Shown: in pieces, positions 16,015 to 25,596 of the stretch
Numbering within the stretch: the first letter of the stretch is position 1
Layout: the number at the start of each line of letters is the position of its first letter
From: an uncultured Bacteroidales bacterium
GTDB taxonomy: Bacteria > Bacteroidota > Bacteroidia > Bacteroidales > FEN-979
Length of the DNA: 64,000 nt
Direction of reading: 5' to 3'
Assembly (NCBI GenBank): GCA_903945175.1
Contig: CAJAUM010000052.1
Span: forward strand, 1,113 to 65,112
The notes under the pieces: model-generated
The model's input: only the letters and a program-made list of their open reading frames with translations
What the model was told of the DNA's origin: nothing
Database searches by the model: none
Translations under genes and position numbers: made by a program

Positions 16015-16907
16015 CCAAGCAGGGTGATTCCCACTGTGAATGGGTACAACTCCGGTCCCTGGTTTTTCTGAAACATCTGGGTAAGCGAGTAGTTCGCGAA
16101 GAGGTTAAGATGCGACCATCCTACACGGAATGCTGCGTCGAGTTTGAACGGGTTGAGGTGATAAGCGCCTCGGTCACGAACCATATAGTGTTCCACATCG
16201 TAGGTGGCGACTTTATTCCCCTTGTCATCTACCAGGAAATATGTTTCCTCCTTGTTATTGTAAATCTGTTTTGTATAGGATCCGATGCGCACACCGGCAA
16301 CCACGCCGATTGAAACGTGAAAGCTGCTTAAACGGCGGTATGGGTTGGTCTGGTATTCAAAAAAGAGGGGCAGGTTCAGGTACGAAACCACCATTTTATT
16401 TACCTTCATATTCACATAGTTTCCCTGGCCATCCTGCACTTTATAGGCAACAATTGCGGCGGAATCCTTGAGCATCACATAATTGTCCGTGAAATAATAG
16501 TTGCTGATCTGGAATCCAAGTCCGGTCGTAAACCCGAAGTGGTTTTTGTAAAGATTCACATTGAGTTCAAACGGATTGATATTCACCGTAAGAGACCGGG
16601 CTGTGTTCATATTCATATAAGGATTTGCAGGATCGAAATTCATGTTGAAATCGGGAGTCACATATCCGCTGATGCCAAGTTCAATCCCGGCCCAGTGACC
16701 GTTGTATTTTTTTTTGTTCTTGCAAAATGGAAAATCGCTTATGCTGAAATTATCCATAGCGCATGAAAATTCATACATCCGGGTGCTGTCGCTCCCGGGC
16801 CATCCGTGCTTATGAAAGTGAGATTTTCTGGTTTCCTGTGCTTCGGAAGTTGCTGAAAGTGCGAGTAATAAAAAAATTATACCTGATAGTTTCAAGAAGT
16901 TTTTCAT
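16008..16907 (-). CDS. Outer-membrane beta-barrel protein (hypothetical)
   Basis: Signal peptide MKNFLKLSGIIFLLLALSATSEAQ. Alternating aromatic/Gly-rich strands and an aromatic C-terminus ...TVGITLLGW. Confidence 0.6.
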   Translation of the reverse strand: MKNFLKLSGIIFLLLALSATSEAQETRKSHFHKHGWPGSDSTRMYEFSCAMDNFSISDFPFCKNKKKYNGHWAGIELGISGYVTPDFNMNFDPANPYMNMNTARSLTVNINPFELNVNLYKNHFGFTTGLGFQISNYYFTDNYVMLKDSAAIVAYKVQDGQGNYVNMKVNKMVVSYLNLPLFFEYQTNPYRRLSSFHVSIGVVAGVRIGSYTKQIYNNKEETYFLVDDKGNKVATYDVEHYMVRDRGAYHLNPFKLDAAFRVGWSHLNLFANYSLTQMFQKNQGPELYPFTVGITLLGW

Positions 16908-16978
16908 GCCTGTATGATTTTAATGTTAGATAATAAGCGATAGGACGATTTAATCTCAGAAATGTTACAACCTGAAAA

Positions 16979-18769
16979 TTATGAATCTAATTTGAGGACG
17001 GCTAGAAAGGCTTTCTGCGGAACTTCAACATTCCCAATCTGGCGCATGCGTTTCTTCCCTTTTTTCTGTTTCTCAAGCAATTTACGTTTTCGGGTGATAT
17101 CTCCCCCGTAACACTTTGCTGTTACATCTTTTCTTAAGGCTTTGACAGTTTCACGTGCAATCACTTTTGCACCGATGGCAGCCTGGATGGCCACATCATA
17201 TTGCTGCCTGGGAATGAACTCCTTGAGTTTTTCGCAGAAACGACGTCCGAAATCATAGGCGTTATTCCTTGTAATGAGCGCTGATAACGCATCAACGATC
17301 TCTCCATTGAGCAGGATGTCCAATTTGACCAGATCGGCTGTTTGCCAGCCCGATGGATGGTAATCGAACGAGGCATACCCTTTGGAAATGCTTTTTAACC
17401 GGTCGTAAAAGTCAAAAACAATTTCGCCCAGTGGCAGATCCACCGTCAACTCAATACGGTCGGTCGTCAGGTAAACCTGGTTTTTCAAAATACCGCGTTT
17501 GCCCACGCAAAGGGTCATGATCGGCCCAATATATTCCGATTTTGTAATAATGTTGGCTGTAATGGTGGGCTCTTCTATCTTGTTGATGTAATTCGGTTCG
17601 GGTAACCCGGAGGGATTGTATACATCCTGAACTTCTCCCTTGTTTGTATATACTTTATAAGAAACATTTGGGACAGTTGTAATCACATCCATGTCGAATT
17701 CACGGTCAAGACGCTCCTGGACGATTTCCATGTGCAAAAGCCCAAGGAACCCGCAGCGGAAACCAAAGCCAAGCGCAGCCGAAGCCTCCGGTTCAAATGA
17801 AAGTGCCGCATCATTTAGTCTCAGCTTTTCCAACGAATCGCGCAACACTTCATAATCATCGGCATCGGTAGGATAGATTCCTGCAAAAACCATCGGTTTT
17901 ACGCCAAGGAAGCCTTCGATGATGTCAGAACATGGTCTGCCAACATGGGTTATGGTATCCCCAACCTGAACTTCTTTGCTGTTTTTTATCCCGGAAATGA
18001 TATATCCAACATCACCCGCGCTTACGGTATTGCGCACCTCCTGTTTCAAACGTAAAATTCCAACTTCATCGGCATGGTAATCCATCCCGGTGGCGACAAA
18101 TTTAACATGGTCCCCTTTTTTAATGGAGCCATTGAAAATTCTGAAATAGGCCACAACTCCCCTGAATGGATTGAACAAAGAATCGAAGATCAACGCTTGC
18201 AAAGGAGCCTCAGGATCACCGGTTGGACAAGGAATCCTGTTTACAATGGCATCAAGTACCTGGTCAATTCCCATGCCTGTTTTTGCACTAACGGCAAGAA
18301 TCTCGTCATGGTCGCAACCCAGTAGATCCACGATTTGGTCTTTTACCTCATCAATCATCGCAGCATCCATGTCAATCTTGTTTAACACAGGAATGATGGT
18401 CAGATTGTGCTCAATGGCAAGGTAGAGGTTGGATATGGTCTGTGCCTGTATTCCCTGCGTTGCATCGACTACCAGGAGCGCACCTTCACATGCAGCGATT
18501 GCCCGGGAAACTTCGTACGAAAAATCAACATGACCCGGCGTATCAATTAGGTTCAGAACATAGTCCTGGCCATTGTGTGGAAAATTCATTTGTATTGCAT
18601 GGCTCTTGATCGTAATGCCACGTTCACGTTCCAGGTCCATGTCATCGAGTACCTGCTCGCGGGAATCACGTTCAGAAACGGTATCTGTCCATTGCAGCAA
18701 ACGATCGGCAAGGGTCGATTTCCCGTGGTCGATGTGGGCAATTATGCAAAAATTACGAAGGTTTTTCAC
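16979..18769 (-). CDS. lepA: Translation elongation factor 4
   Basis: [30 protein letters not shown], and the conserved LepA C-terminal domain. The only start at the conserved N-terminus is GTG (18767-69). Confidence 0.95.
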   Translation of the reverse strand: MKNLRNFCIIAHIDHGKSTLADRLLQWTDTVSERDSREQVLDDMDLERERGITIKSHAIQMNFPHNGQDYVLNLIDTPGHVDFSYEVSRAIAACEGALLVVDATQGIQAQTISNLYLAIEHNLTIIPVLNKIDMDAAMIDEVKDQIVDLLGCDHDEILAVSAKTGMGIDQVLDAIVNRIPCPTGDPEAPLQALIFDSLFNPFRGVVAYFRIFNGSIKKGDHVKFVATGMDYHADEVGILRLKQEVRNTVSAGDVGYIISGIKNSKEVQVGDTITHVGRPCSDIIEGFLGVKPMVFAGIYPTDADDYEVLRDSLEKLRLNDAALSFEPEASAALGFGFRCGFLGLLHMEIVQERLDREFDMDVITTVPNVSYKVYTNKGEVQDVYNPSGLPEPNYINKIEEPTITANIITKSEYIGPIMTLCVGKRGILKNQVYLTTDRIELTVDLPLGEIVFDFYDRLKSISKGYASFDYHPSGWQTADLVKLDILLNGEIVDALSALITRNNAYDFGRRFCEKLKEFIPRQQYDVAIQAAIGAKVIARETVKALRKDVTAKCYGGDITRKRKLLEKQKKGKKRMRQIGNVEVPQKAFLAVLKLDS

Positions 18770-18796
18770 GGGTGCAAAGATACAAAAATAGTTGTA

Positions 18797-21412
18797 TTAT
18801 CTGAGGATGGTGACAGACCCATGGAGATTGCGTTTGACGGTTCCTGACAGCTTTATTTCAAAGAGATCGCACACATAAAAATAGGTGCCGTCGCTGCATG
18901 GCTGATTGGTTGTTTTATCCTTCCCATCCCAATTGATGTCTGGGTCGGTCGTTTCAAATACCTCCTTGCCCCATCTGTCAAATATTTTCATATTCACCTC
19001 CTCCACTGAAAAATTATAGATGGGTCTGAAATAATCATTAAAGGAGTCTCCGTTCGGGGTGAAGATATTGGGCAGGTTATACCGGCATTCAAGGCCGGCT
19101 GTGATATCAATACAAACGATATTGCTCATGGCACTTCTGTTGCCTGCTGAATCAACCGCCACAATGCCATAGCAACCAACAATGGTATTTGCCTGTTTAT
19201 GATAATAGACAGTATCGAATGGATTAAAAATGGAATCATAAAGCACCGGTTCACCCTGGCCGGGTGTGAAATAAATATAATACCGGGCCATATCAGCCGG
19301 ACAGCTGTCTGCCGGTTTGGTCCAGGACAACACGTTGGTCATCTCTTTACACAACGTAATTATGTTAAGAAGCGGGGGGCAAGGTGGGATATTATCTATC
19401 GGGATGGCGCATTTTTCCTGTGAAAAGTTAATAATCGGCTCAACAAATCCGGAGGCAGAATATTTTCCGATGCTTTTGATCTTATAACAATAGCGCAGTC
19501 CGTTCACCAATCCCATATCCCGGTAATTCGGAACGGTGCTCATGCCAACCGAATCGAAAACGTTTGCTTCAGGGCCTTTGCGGAAAATAACGAACCGTGA
19601 ATTTGACCAGGGAACTGCATTGGTCCAATTTAACATGACCATTTTATCCGTTGGAGTCAAAGAGAGGAACATGGAAGATGCCACTGGAGAACTTCCGATC
19701 AGAAACCGGTTTCCCGTAGTGACATTATAGAGGTCGATGCGATAATTGAACCCGAATCTTTCCGTATTTAACAGGGTGTCGGTGAGGATTGTGTCGTTGA
19801 GACTGTTGAGTGAGTCGATCAGTACAAATTGTTCAGAGGCATCACTTCTGGATCTGGCAACGATATACTTGTAGGGGCCTGGAGCCTGTACCGGATCAAT
19901 TTCAGTGGGTTTTGACCAGGCAACATAGACAGATCCTGTGTTTTCGAGCGTTGTATTGATGCTGACATTGGTAATCAGGGCCACATCCTTTTTTAAAGTG
20001 GCGCATGCTTCGTTTGAAGCATAGCTTTCAGCCCGGTCAGGATAATAGGCGACAATTAAATAACAATACTTCAAGCCACGCATCAATCCTGATCCTTTGT
20101 TGTCATCAAGGTAAGTGGTTTTTGAGATATCAGTGTATTCAGCTATTTTGGTGTAGCCCAGATATCCAGGCACTCCGGTTTCACAGTAACCTGGCACATA
20201 TCCTGATGAATCAGCCTTCCGGTAGATTTGGTATCCCAGGGCATTTTCACAGCCATAATTGTCCCAGTTCAGTGTGATGGTATTTCCGATGGGATAGGCC
20301 GTGAGATTTTCAGGTGCCGGGCCAATGACAAGGATCTTGATAGATTTGAATGTGACAAGGCTTACGGGGGAGCCGTCATCCTTGGCCTTGAAGAACATCT
20401 GGTAGGGATTTTTTTTAATATGATTGCATGTCGTATTCCACCGGAACAGCGCCTGCGTATGGCCCTTTCCTGTGGCAGGATTTGGTTCCAGGGTGGCCGG
20501 ATTATCTGTGATGAGCAGAGGTCCCCCGGTGCCGGTAAGTGTAATGTTGTTACTGTCCGGATCATAGGTCTTAACAGGAAACCGAAGAATTTTTCCGGCT
20601 TCCACGCAGGTGTCGAATACAGAATCGATAACGGGAGGACGGTTATTGCAGGCCAGGACAATGATCTGCATATCACGAAGTACACTGCCAATCCGGAGGC
20701 CATCCCGCCATTCTTCGATGAGGATTGCAATGTTGTATTCGCCCTGTTGTTCCGGGCTATCCCAGATTAGATCACCGGTTACCTGATTCAGCGTCAGACT
20801 TTTCGAGGCAGCAGGCAAAGTATACCCTGGAATTGGTTGACCGAGGGCACCACGGCAGGTTATCAATTTGTACGACAAGCTATCGCCATCAGCATCGTAA
20901 GCCCCGGGATTATGGTAAAACGGCTGATTCACACATCCGTTATCGATGGGCGGGATTAACAAAACCGGTGAATTGTTGTAGCCTCCGATGAATGGGCTGA
21001 TCATAAGTTCAGAAACGATGAAGAGCGGGGTGTTGATTGAATTCGGAATATTAAGGATTCCCCCGTTCCGGTTTGGGTCTTCACAGGAAATTGTGTAGGT
21101 TGATGGTCCTGGAAAAGTATGCTGGCCAAGATATTTGTTATAGGTTATTTCATCGGGCAAATAGGTCACTTGTACTCTGCGGATTTCGGAAGCAGTTCCG
21201 TCTCCCCAGTTAATCAGAAGGTATTCGCGAAAGGCATTGGCAGGACTTGGTGTAAATGTATAGGAAATGAGTGTGATTTCATAGGTCAGGCCAGAGACGT
21301 GGCGGTATGTGATTTCTGCTGCACGCTGGTGGGTGGCGAAAGCCAAAAAGGGACAAACGACGGGAAGCAGAAGGTTCAGCAGGAACAGTCTCATCAACAA
21401 TCGTCTCTTCAT
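18797..21412 (-). CDS. T9SS type-B sorting-domain protein (gliding-motility-associated C-terminal domain)
   Basis: Signal peptide, then the THQRAAEITYRH motif. The C-terminus reads NIFTPNGDSFNDYFRP...KIFDRWGKEVF...INWDGKD...GTYFYV. Confidence 0.85.
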   Translation of the reverse strand: MKRRLLMRLFLLNLLLPVVCPFLAFATHQRAAEITYRHVSGLTYEITLISYTFTPSPANAFREYLLINWGDGTASEIRRVQVTYLPDEITYNKYLGQHTFPGPSTYTISCEDPNRNGGILNIPNSINTPLFIVSELMISPFIGGYNNSPVLLIPPIDNGCVNQPFYHNPGAYDADGDSLSYKLITCRGALGQPIPGYTLPAASKSLTLNQVTGDLIWDSPEQQGEYNIAILIEEWRDGLRIGSVLRDMQIIVLACNNRPPVIDSVFDTCVEAGKILRFPVKTYDPDSNNITLTGTGGPLLITDNPATLEPNPATGKGHTQALFRWNTTCNHIKKNPYQMFFKAKDDGSPVSLVTFKSIKILVIGPAPENLTAYPIGNTITLNWDNYGCENALGYQIYRKADSSGYVPGYCETGVPGYLGYTKIAEYTDISKTTYLDDNKGSGLMRGLKYCYLIVAYYPDRAESYASNEACATLKKDVALITNVSINTTLENTGSVYVAWSKPTEIDPVQAPGPYKYIVARSRSDASEQFVLIDSLNSLNDTILTDTLLNTERFGFNYRIDLYNVTTGNRFLIGSSPVASSMFLSLTPTDKMVMLNWTNAVPWSNSRFVIFRKGPEANVFDSVGMSTVPNYRDMGLVNGLRYCYKIKSIGKYSASGFVEPIINFSQEKCAIPIDNIPPCPPLLNIITLCKEMTNVLSWTKPADSCPADMARYYIYFTPGQGEPVLYDSIFNPFDTVYYHKQANTIVGCYGIVAVDSAGNRSAMSNIVCIDITAGLECRYNLPNIFTPNGDSFNDYFRPIYNFSVEEVNMKIFDRWGKEVFETTDPDINWDGKDKTTNQPCSDGTYFYVCDLFEIKLSGTVKRNLHGSVTILR

Positions 21413-21513
21413 TTCGTTTGGTTGGCTATTGGATCACCTGTCAAAAGTAGTAATTTTCTCTGCGCTGCTGGATATATCGGCGCTTTATTTCAATTCATTC
21501 TGAATATTTAATC

Positions 21514-21521
21514 TAAATTTG
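21514..21521 (+). promoter_or_regulatory. -7 box TAAATTTG for relA/spoT
   Basis: Perfect TAnnTTTG overlapping the first ATG of the ORF (21519). This argues for the ATG at 21549 as the start. Confidence 0.5.
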
Positions 21522-21548
21522 CAGTACATATCGAAACATCCAACAGGA

Positions 21549-23771
21549 ATGTATCAACAGAGCCCTGAGATTGAAAAGCAGGAGATAATTAAACGATACC
21601 GGAATCTTCTTCGCGTTTGGAAACCCCGCAACCCGGCCGATAAAAAAAGTGTCAGGAAGGCATTCAGAATGGCCCTGGAGGCTCACAAGGATATGCGCCG
21701 GAAAACCGGTGAACCCTACATTTATCATCCGCTGAGTGTCGCCACAATTGCTGCCGGAGAAATCGGACTGGGGGCCACCTCGGTGATTTGTGCCTTGCTG
21801 CACGACGTGGTAGAAGATACCGAATATACGATTGAAGATATCCGCGGACTCTTCGGTGAAAAGGTGGCTGCCATCATTGACGGGCTTACGAAGATCAAAG
21901 GGATTTTTGATCAGCGTACAGCCTCCATTCATGCTGAAAATTTCAAGAAGATTCTCCTGACGCTTTCTGATGATGTTCGTGTCATTCTGATAAAACTGGC
22001 TGACAGACTGCATAATATGCGGACGTTGGATGCGCTAGCCCATGATAAACAGCTGAAAATTTCGTCAGAGACGATCTATCTGTATGCTCCATTGGCTCAT
22101 CGCCTGGGTTTGCATGCCATCAAGAGTGAATTGGAAGATCTGGCTCTGAAATACACAGAACCAGACGTTTACAACACCATATTTTTTAAGCTGAAAGAGT
22201 CGGCAAAAGGGCGTACCCGCTTTGTCAATAAATTCATCTACCCGATTAAAAATTCCCTGATCGAGAAGGGGTTTCAATTCACAATTCATGCACGGGAGAA
22301 ATCTATCGCTGCCATCTGGCAAAAGATGAAGAAGAAGGAGGTGTCGTTTGAAGAAATCTATGATATTTTCGCCATCCGCATTGTAATTGATTCGCCACTT
22401 GAAACAGAAAAATCAGATTGCTGGAAGGTTTATGCCAGCATTACCGATCATTACCGGCCAAATATGGACAGGTTGCGGGACTGGATTTCCATCCCCAAGG
22501 CCAATGGATACGAAGCCCTTCATACAACAGTGATGAGTCACACAGGGGAATGGGTTGAAATCCAGATCCGATCACAGCGTATGGATGAAATTGCTGAAAA
22601 GGGTTATGCTGCACATTGGAAGTATAAAGAGTCCCTGAACCTGAACAGTCGGCTCGATAACTGGCTTGATCGCATCAAGGAGATGATTGAAAGTCCTGAT
22701 TCCGATGCGTTGTCTTTTATTGATGATGTAAAGGGCTATTTTTTTCTAGAGGAGATCTCAGTTTTCACGCCGCAGGGAGAGTTACGTTCTCTTCCCGCAA
22801 ATTCTTCGGTACTTGATTTTGCATATGCAATTCACAGCGAGTTGGGCGATACCTGTATAGGGGCAAAAGTAGATAAGAAACTGGCTCCCATAAATCATAT
22901 TCTGAAAAACGGGCAGCAGGTTGAGATCATCACATCGCGAAAGCAAACCCCAAAGGAGGAGTGGTTGAATTACGTCGTGACCACACGCGCAAAAACGAAT
23001 ATCAAAATGACCGTCCGCGCCGAGAAGAAGAAATTCGCAAAGACGGGTAAGGAAAAACTTGGAAAATGGTTTTTACAGATAGGCGTGGATTTTACAAATG
23101 AAAACATCAAGAAGTTTCTGACCGCAAATAATTTCAGCAGCCTGGTTGACCTATACTATGCTGCTTCACAAGATAAAATCGGCATAAAGGATATCAAGGC
23201 ATTTGCTGCTTCGAATTTTAGAAATGGTTGGTTGAATTATGTTTCACGGACCTCCTCTAAATCGAAAGAAATCGGCTCAGAGGGCGAGTCCGATCGGAAA
23301 AAATCCAGAAAAACCATTGAATCGGAGTTGATCGCTGAAAAAAACCATGCAAATGGCGCCTTTGAAGCTGCTTCCTGTTGTAATCCGATTCCCGGCGATC
23401 ATGTTATTGGACTTACCTCCCCTGATTCCCTTACGATTCAGTTGCATGATGCAACGTGTACCAATGCAAAAGAGATGATGACCGTATTCGGGAGCAGGAA
23501 GGTATCGGTGACCTGGCCCAATTATAACTCATTCTCCTTTCTTGCAGAAATAAAGATCACTGGAATTGATAAATTGGGATTGATCAATGAAATCACCCGC
23601 ATCATTTCAAATGTCATGAATTTGAATATCAAATCATTTCATATTGAAGCAGAAAACGGTATCACCCAGGGGTTCATCACCCTTTTTGCCAGGAACATTA
23701 CAAATCTGAATGAATTGATTAATCAATTGACCTTGGTGGAAGGAATAAACCAGGTAACCAGGAGCGAATAA
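21549..23771 (+). CDS. Bifunctional (p)ppGpp synthetase/hydrolase, RelA/SpoT family
   Basis: HD domain (HPLSVA...LHDVVEDT), synthetase domain (FAIRIVID...YEALHTTV), and TGS and ACT-like C-terminal regions. Confidence 0.9.
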   Translation: MYQQSPEIEKQEIIKRYRNLLRVWKPRNPADKKSVRKAFRMALEAHKDMRRKTGEPYIYHPLSVATIAAGEIGLGATSVICALLHDVVEDTEYTIEDIRGLFGEKVAAIIDGLTKIKGIFDQRTASIHAENFKKILLTLSDDVRVILIKLADRLHNMRTLDALAHDKQLKISSETIYLYAPLAHRLGLHAIKSELEDLALKYTEPDVYNTIFFKLKESAKGRTRFVNKFIYPIKNSLIEKGFQFTIHAREKSIAAIWQKMKKKEVSFEEIYDIFAIRIVIDSPLETEKSDCWKVYASITDHYRPNMDRLRDWISIPKANGYEALHTTVMSHTGEWVEIQIRSQRMDEIAEKGYAAHWKYKESLNLNSRLDNWLDRIKEMIESPDSDALSFIDDVKGYFFLEEISVFTPQGELRSLPANSSVLDFAYAIHSELGDTCIGAKVDKKLAPINHILKNGQQVEIITSRKQTPKEEWLNYVVTTRAKTNIKMTVRAEKKKFAKTGKEKLGKWFLQIGVDFTNENIKKFLTANNFSSLVDLYYAASQDKIGIKDIKAFAASNFRNGWLNYVSRTSSKSKEIGSEGESDRKKSRKTIESELIAEKNHANGAFEAASCCNPIPGDHVIGLTSPDSLTIQLHDATCTNAKEMMTVFGSRKVSVTWPNYNSFSFLAEIKITGIDKLGLINEITRIISNVMNLNIKSFHIEAENGITQGFITLFARNITNLNELINQLTLVEGINQVTRSE

Positions 23772-23795
23772 AAATAAAAAATTCTATTTTTATTC
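23766..23795 (+). terminator. AT-rich hairpin at the relA/spoT stop (weak terminator candidate)
   Basis: 11-bp perfect inverted repeat GAATAAAAATA-aaaaattc-TATTTTTATTC spanning the TAA stop. The stem is entirely A/T, so it is weak. Confidence 0.3.
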
Positions 23796-23806
23796 GTTCT
23801 AAATAC

Positions 23807-23828
23807 GGATAAATGTTTATCTTTATCC
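23807..23828 (+). promoter_or_regulatory. Fur-box-like nested palindrome upstream of fur-purA
   Basis: GGATAAATGTTTATCTTTATCC contains GATAAA-tg-TTTATC and GGATAAA-n8-TTTATCC. It overlaps the near-consensus -7 box TATCTTTA and lies 14 nt upstream of ATG 23842. Confidence 0.5.
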
Positions 23829-23841
23829 AAAATTTCCTGTT

Positions 23842-24294
23842 ATGATCAAGAAACCCATCGAAGACATATTCGAGACTGTTCGTAAGATGTTTACCGATTA
23901 CCTTGAACGCCATGGCCATCGCAAAACTCCGGAGCGTTATACTATCTTAAAGGAGATTTTTGCCACTGAAGGGCATTTTGATATTGAGACACTTTACATC
24001 CGGATGAAAAATCACAAATACCGGGTAAGCAGGGCGACTTTATACAACACGATTGAACTACTGCTTGATTGCGGACTGGTGACGAAGCATCAGTTTGGTA
24101 CAAATTACGCTCAGTTTGAAAAATCGACCCTGTTAAAGCAGCATGATCATTTTATTTTTAATGATTCCGGCGAGGTGCTGGAATTTTATGATTCCCGTAT
24201 TGAGGAGGTGAAAGACCACGTGGAAAAACTTTTCAATGTCAATATTTCGCATTATGCACTTACATTTTACGGTCAGTTAAAAACCAAGAAGTAA
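23842..24294 (+). CDS. Fur-family transcriptional regulator
   Basis: 150 aa. Winged-helix region [14 protein letters not shown]...[13 protein letters not shown], and His-containing metal-site residues (KQHDH). Confidence 0.8.
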   Translation: MIKKPIEDIFETVRKMFTDYLERHGHRKTPERYTILKEIFATEGHFDIETLYIRMKNHKYRVSRATLYNTIELLLDCGLVTKHQFGTNYAQFEKSTLLKQHDHFIFNDSGEVLEFYDSRIEEVKDHVEKLFNVNISHYALTFYGQLKTKK

Positions 24295-24303
24295 AATCCA
24301 AAT

Positions 24304-25593
24304 ATGAAGGTTGATGTAATTTTGGGATTGCAGTGGGGCGATGAAGGGAAAGGGAAAATTGTTGATGTATTCACCCCGCGCTATGATATTATTGCCCGTT
24401 TTCAGGGGGGGCCAAATGCCGGCCATACCATTATTTTTGGTGGAAAAAAATATGTTCTGCACACGATTCCCTCAGGAATTTTCCACCTGAAGACGCAAAA
24501 CGTGATTGGCAACGGTGTGATCATTGATCCATTTATCCTTTTCAGGGAAATTGATACATTGCGTGATGCCGGTATGCAGCCAGAGGCAAATCTGCTGGTT
24601 TCAAAGCGTGCACACCTGATCATGCCTTCGCATCGTTTACTGGATATGGTTCTTGAAGCAGAAAAGGGGAAATCGAAAATCGGTTCGACACTGAAGGGAA
24701 TCGGGCCTACCTATACTGATAAATATGGTCGCAATGGCCTGCGGGTCGGGAATATCCTGGAACCTGGTTTTGATGGCCGGTATGAACTATTGAAAAATGA
24801 GCATCTTGAAACAATACGTTCACATGGTTTCACAAATGAGCAGTATCTGCTCGATGGGTTGACCTTTGAAGCGTATGAAAAAAAGTGGTTTGAGTCCATC
24901 ATACGATTGAAATCGCTCCAGATCATTGACAGTGAAATATTTCTCAACGAAAGCCTTGATCATGGTAAATCAGTGCTTGCTGAAGGAGCCCAGGGAACCA
25001 TGCTTGATGTGGATTTTGGTTCTTATCCTTTTGTTACCTCCTCAAATACCATTACGGCCGGTGTTTGTGCCGGCCTTGGAATCTCTCCGCACCGGATTGG
25101 CAATGTGTATGGAATTTTTAAAGCCTATTGTACCCGGGTTGGAAGCGGGCCGTTCCCAACTGAATTAAATGATCGGGACGGAGAAGAAATGCGTGTCAGA
25201 GGGCATGAGTTCGGATCTACGACCGGGCGACCCCGTCGCTGCGGCTGGCTTGATCTTCCGGCGTTGAAATATTCTATCATGCTCAATGGCGTCAACAGTC
25301 TGATCATGATGAAGGCAGATGTGCTCAATCCCTTTCCCTCGATAAAAATCTGCACCGATTATCGTGTCGGCAGCGAAGTTCTGGAAAATTTTCCTTTTGA
25401 TCTTGACAATGAGCATCTTCATCCTGTATATAAGGAGATGCAAGGCTGGAGTACGGACCTTGATGACTGCAAAACAATTGCAGATATCCCTGGCGCATTG
25501 GGTGATTACCTGAAATATATCGAAAATGAAACAGGGTTGCCGGTTGATATCCTTTCCATTGGCCCCGACAGAGTTCAAACCCTGCAGCGCTAA
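24304..25593 (+). CDS. purA: Adenylosuccinate synthase
   Basis: GLQWGDEGKGKIVD P-loop, GPNAGHT, GIGPTY, TTGRPRRCGWLD. Confidence 0.95.
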   Translation: MKVDVILGLQWGDEGKGKIVDVFTPRYDIIARFQGGPNAGHTIIFGGKKYVLHTIPSGIFHLKTQNVIGNGVIIDPFILFREIDTLRDAGMQPEANLLVSKRAHLIMPSHRLLDMVLEAEKGKSKIGSTLKGIGPTYTDKYGRNGLRVGNILEPGFDGRYELLKNEHLETIRSHGFTNEQYLLDGLTFEAYEKKWFESIIRLKSLQIIDSEIFLNESLDHGKSVLAEGAQGTMLDVDFGSYPFVTSSNTITAGVCAGLGISPHRIGNVYGIFKAYCTRVGSGPFPTELNDRDGEEMRVRGHEFGSTTGRPRRCGWLDLPALKYSIMLNGVNSLIMMKADVLNPFPSIKICTDYRVGSEVLENFPFDLDNEHLHPVYKEMQGWSTDLDDCKTIADIPGALGDYLKYIENETGLPVDILSIGPDRVQTLQR

Positions 25594-25596
25594 TTA

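Noticed and set aside
15871-16313. ORFs 15871..16071 and 15948..16313 (VTLSPCYPVTLLPCHP...)
   Set aside because: They are translation artefacts of the 8-bp tandem repeat, and they overlap the 3' ends of two well-supported convergent genes.
20228-20770. 180-aa plus-strand ORF and the 122-aa alternative minus-strand frame inside the T9SS type-B gene
   Set aside because: These are shadow frames within an 871-aa gene that has clear N-terminal and C-terminal family signatures.
21513-22013. 166-aa minus-strand ORF overlapping the start of relA/spoT
   Set aside because: It is a shadow ORF antisense to a strongly supported HD-domain coding region and has no recognisable motifs.
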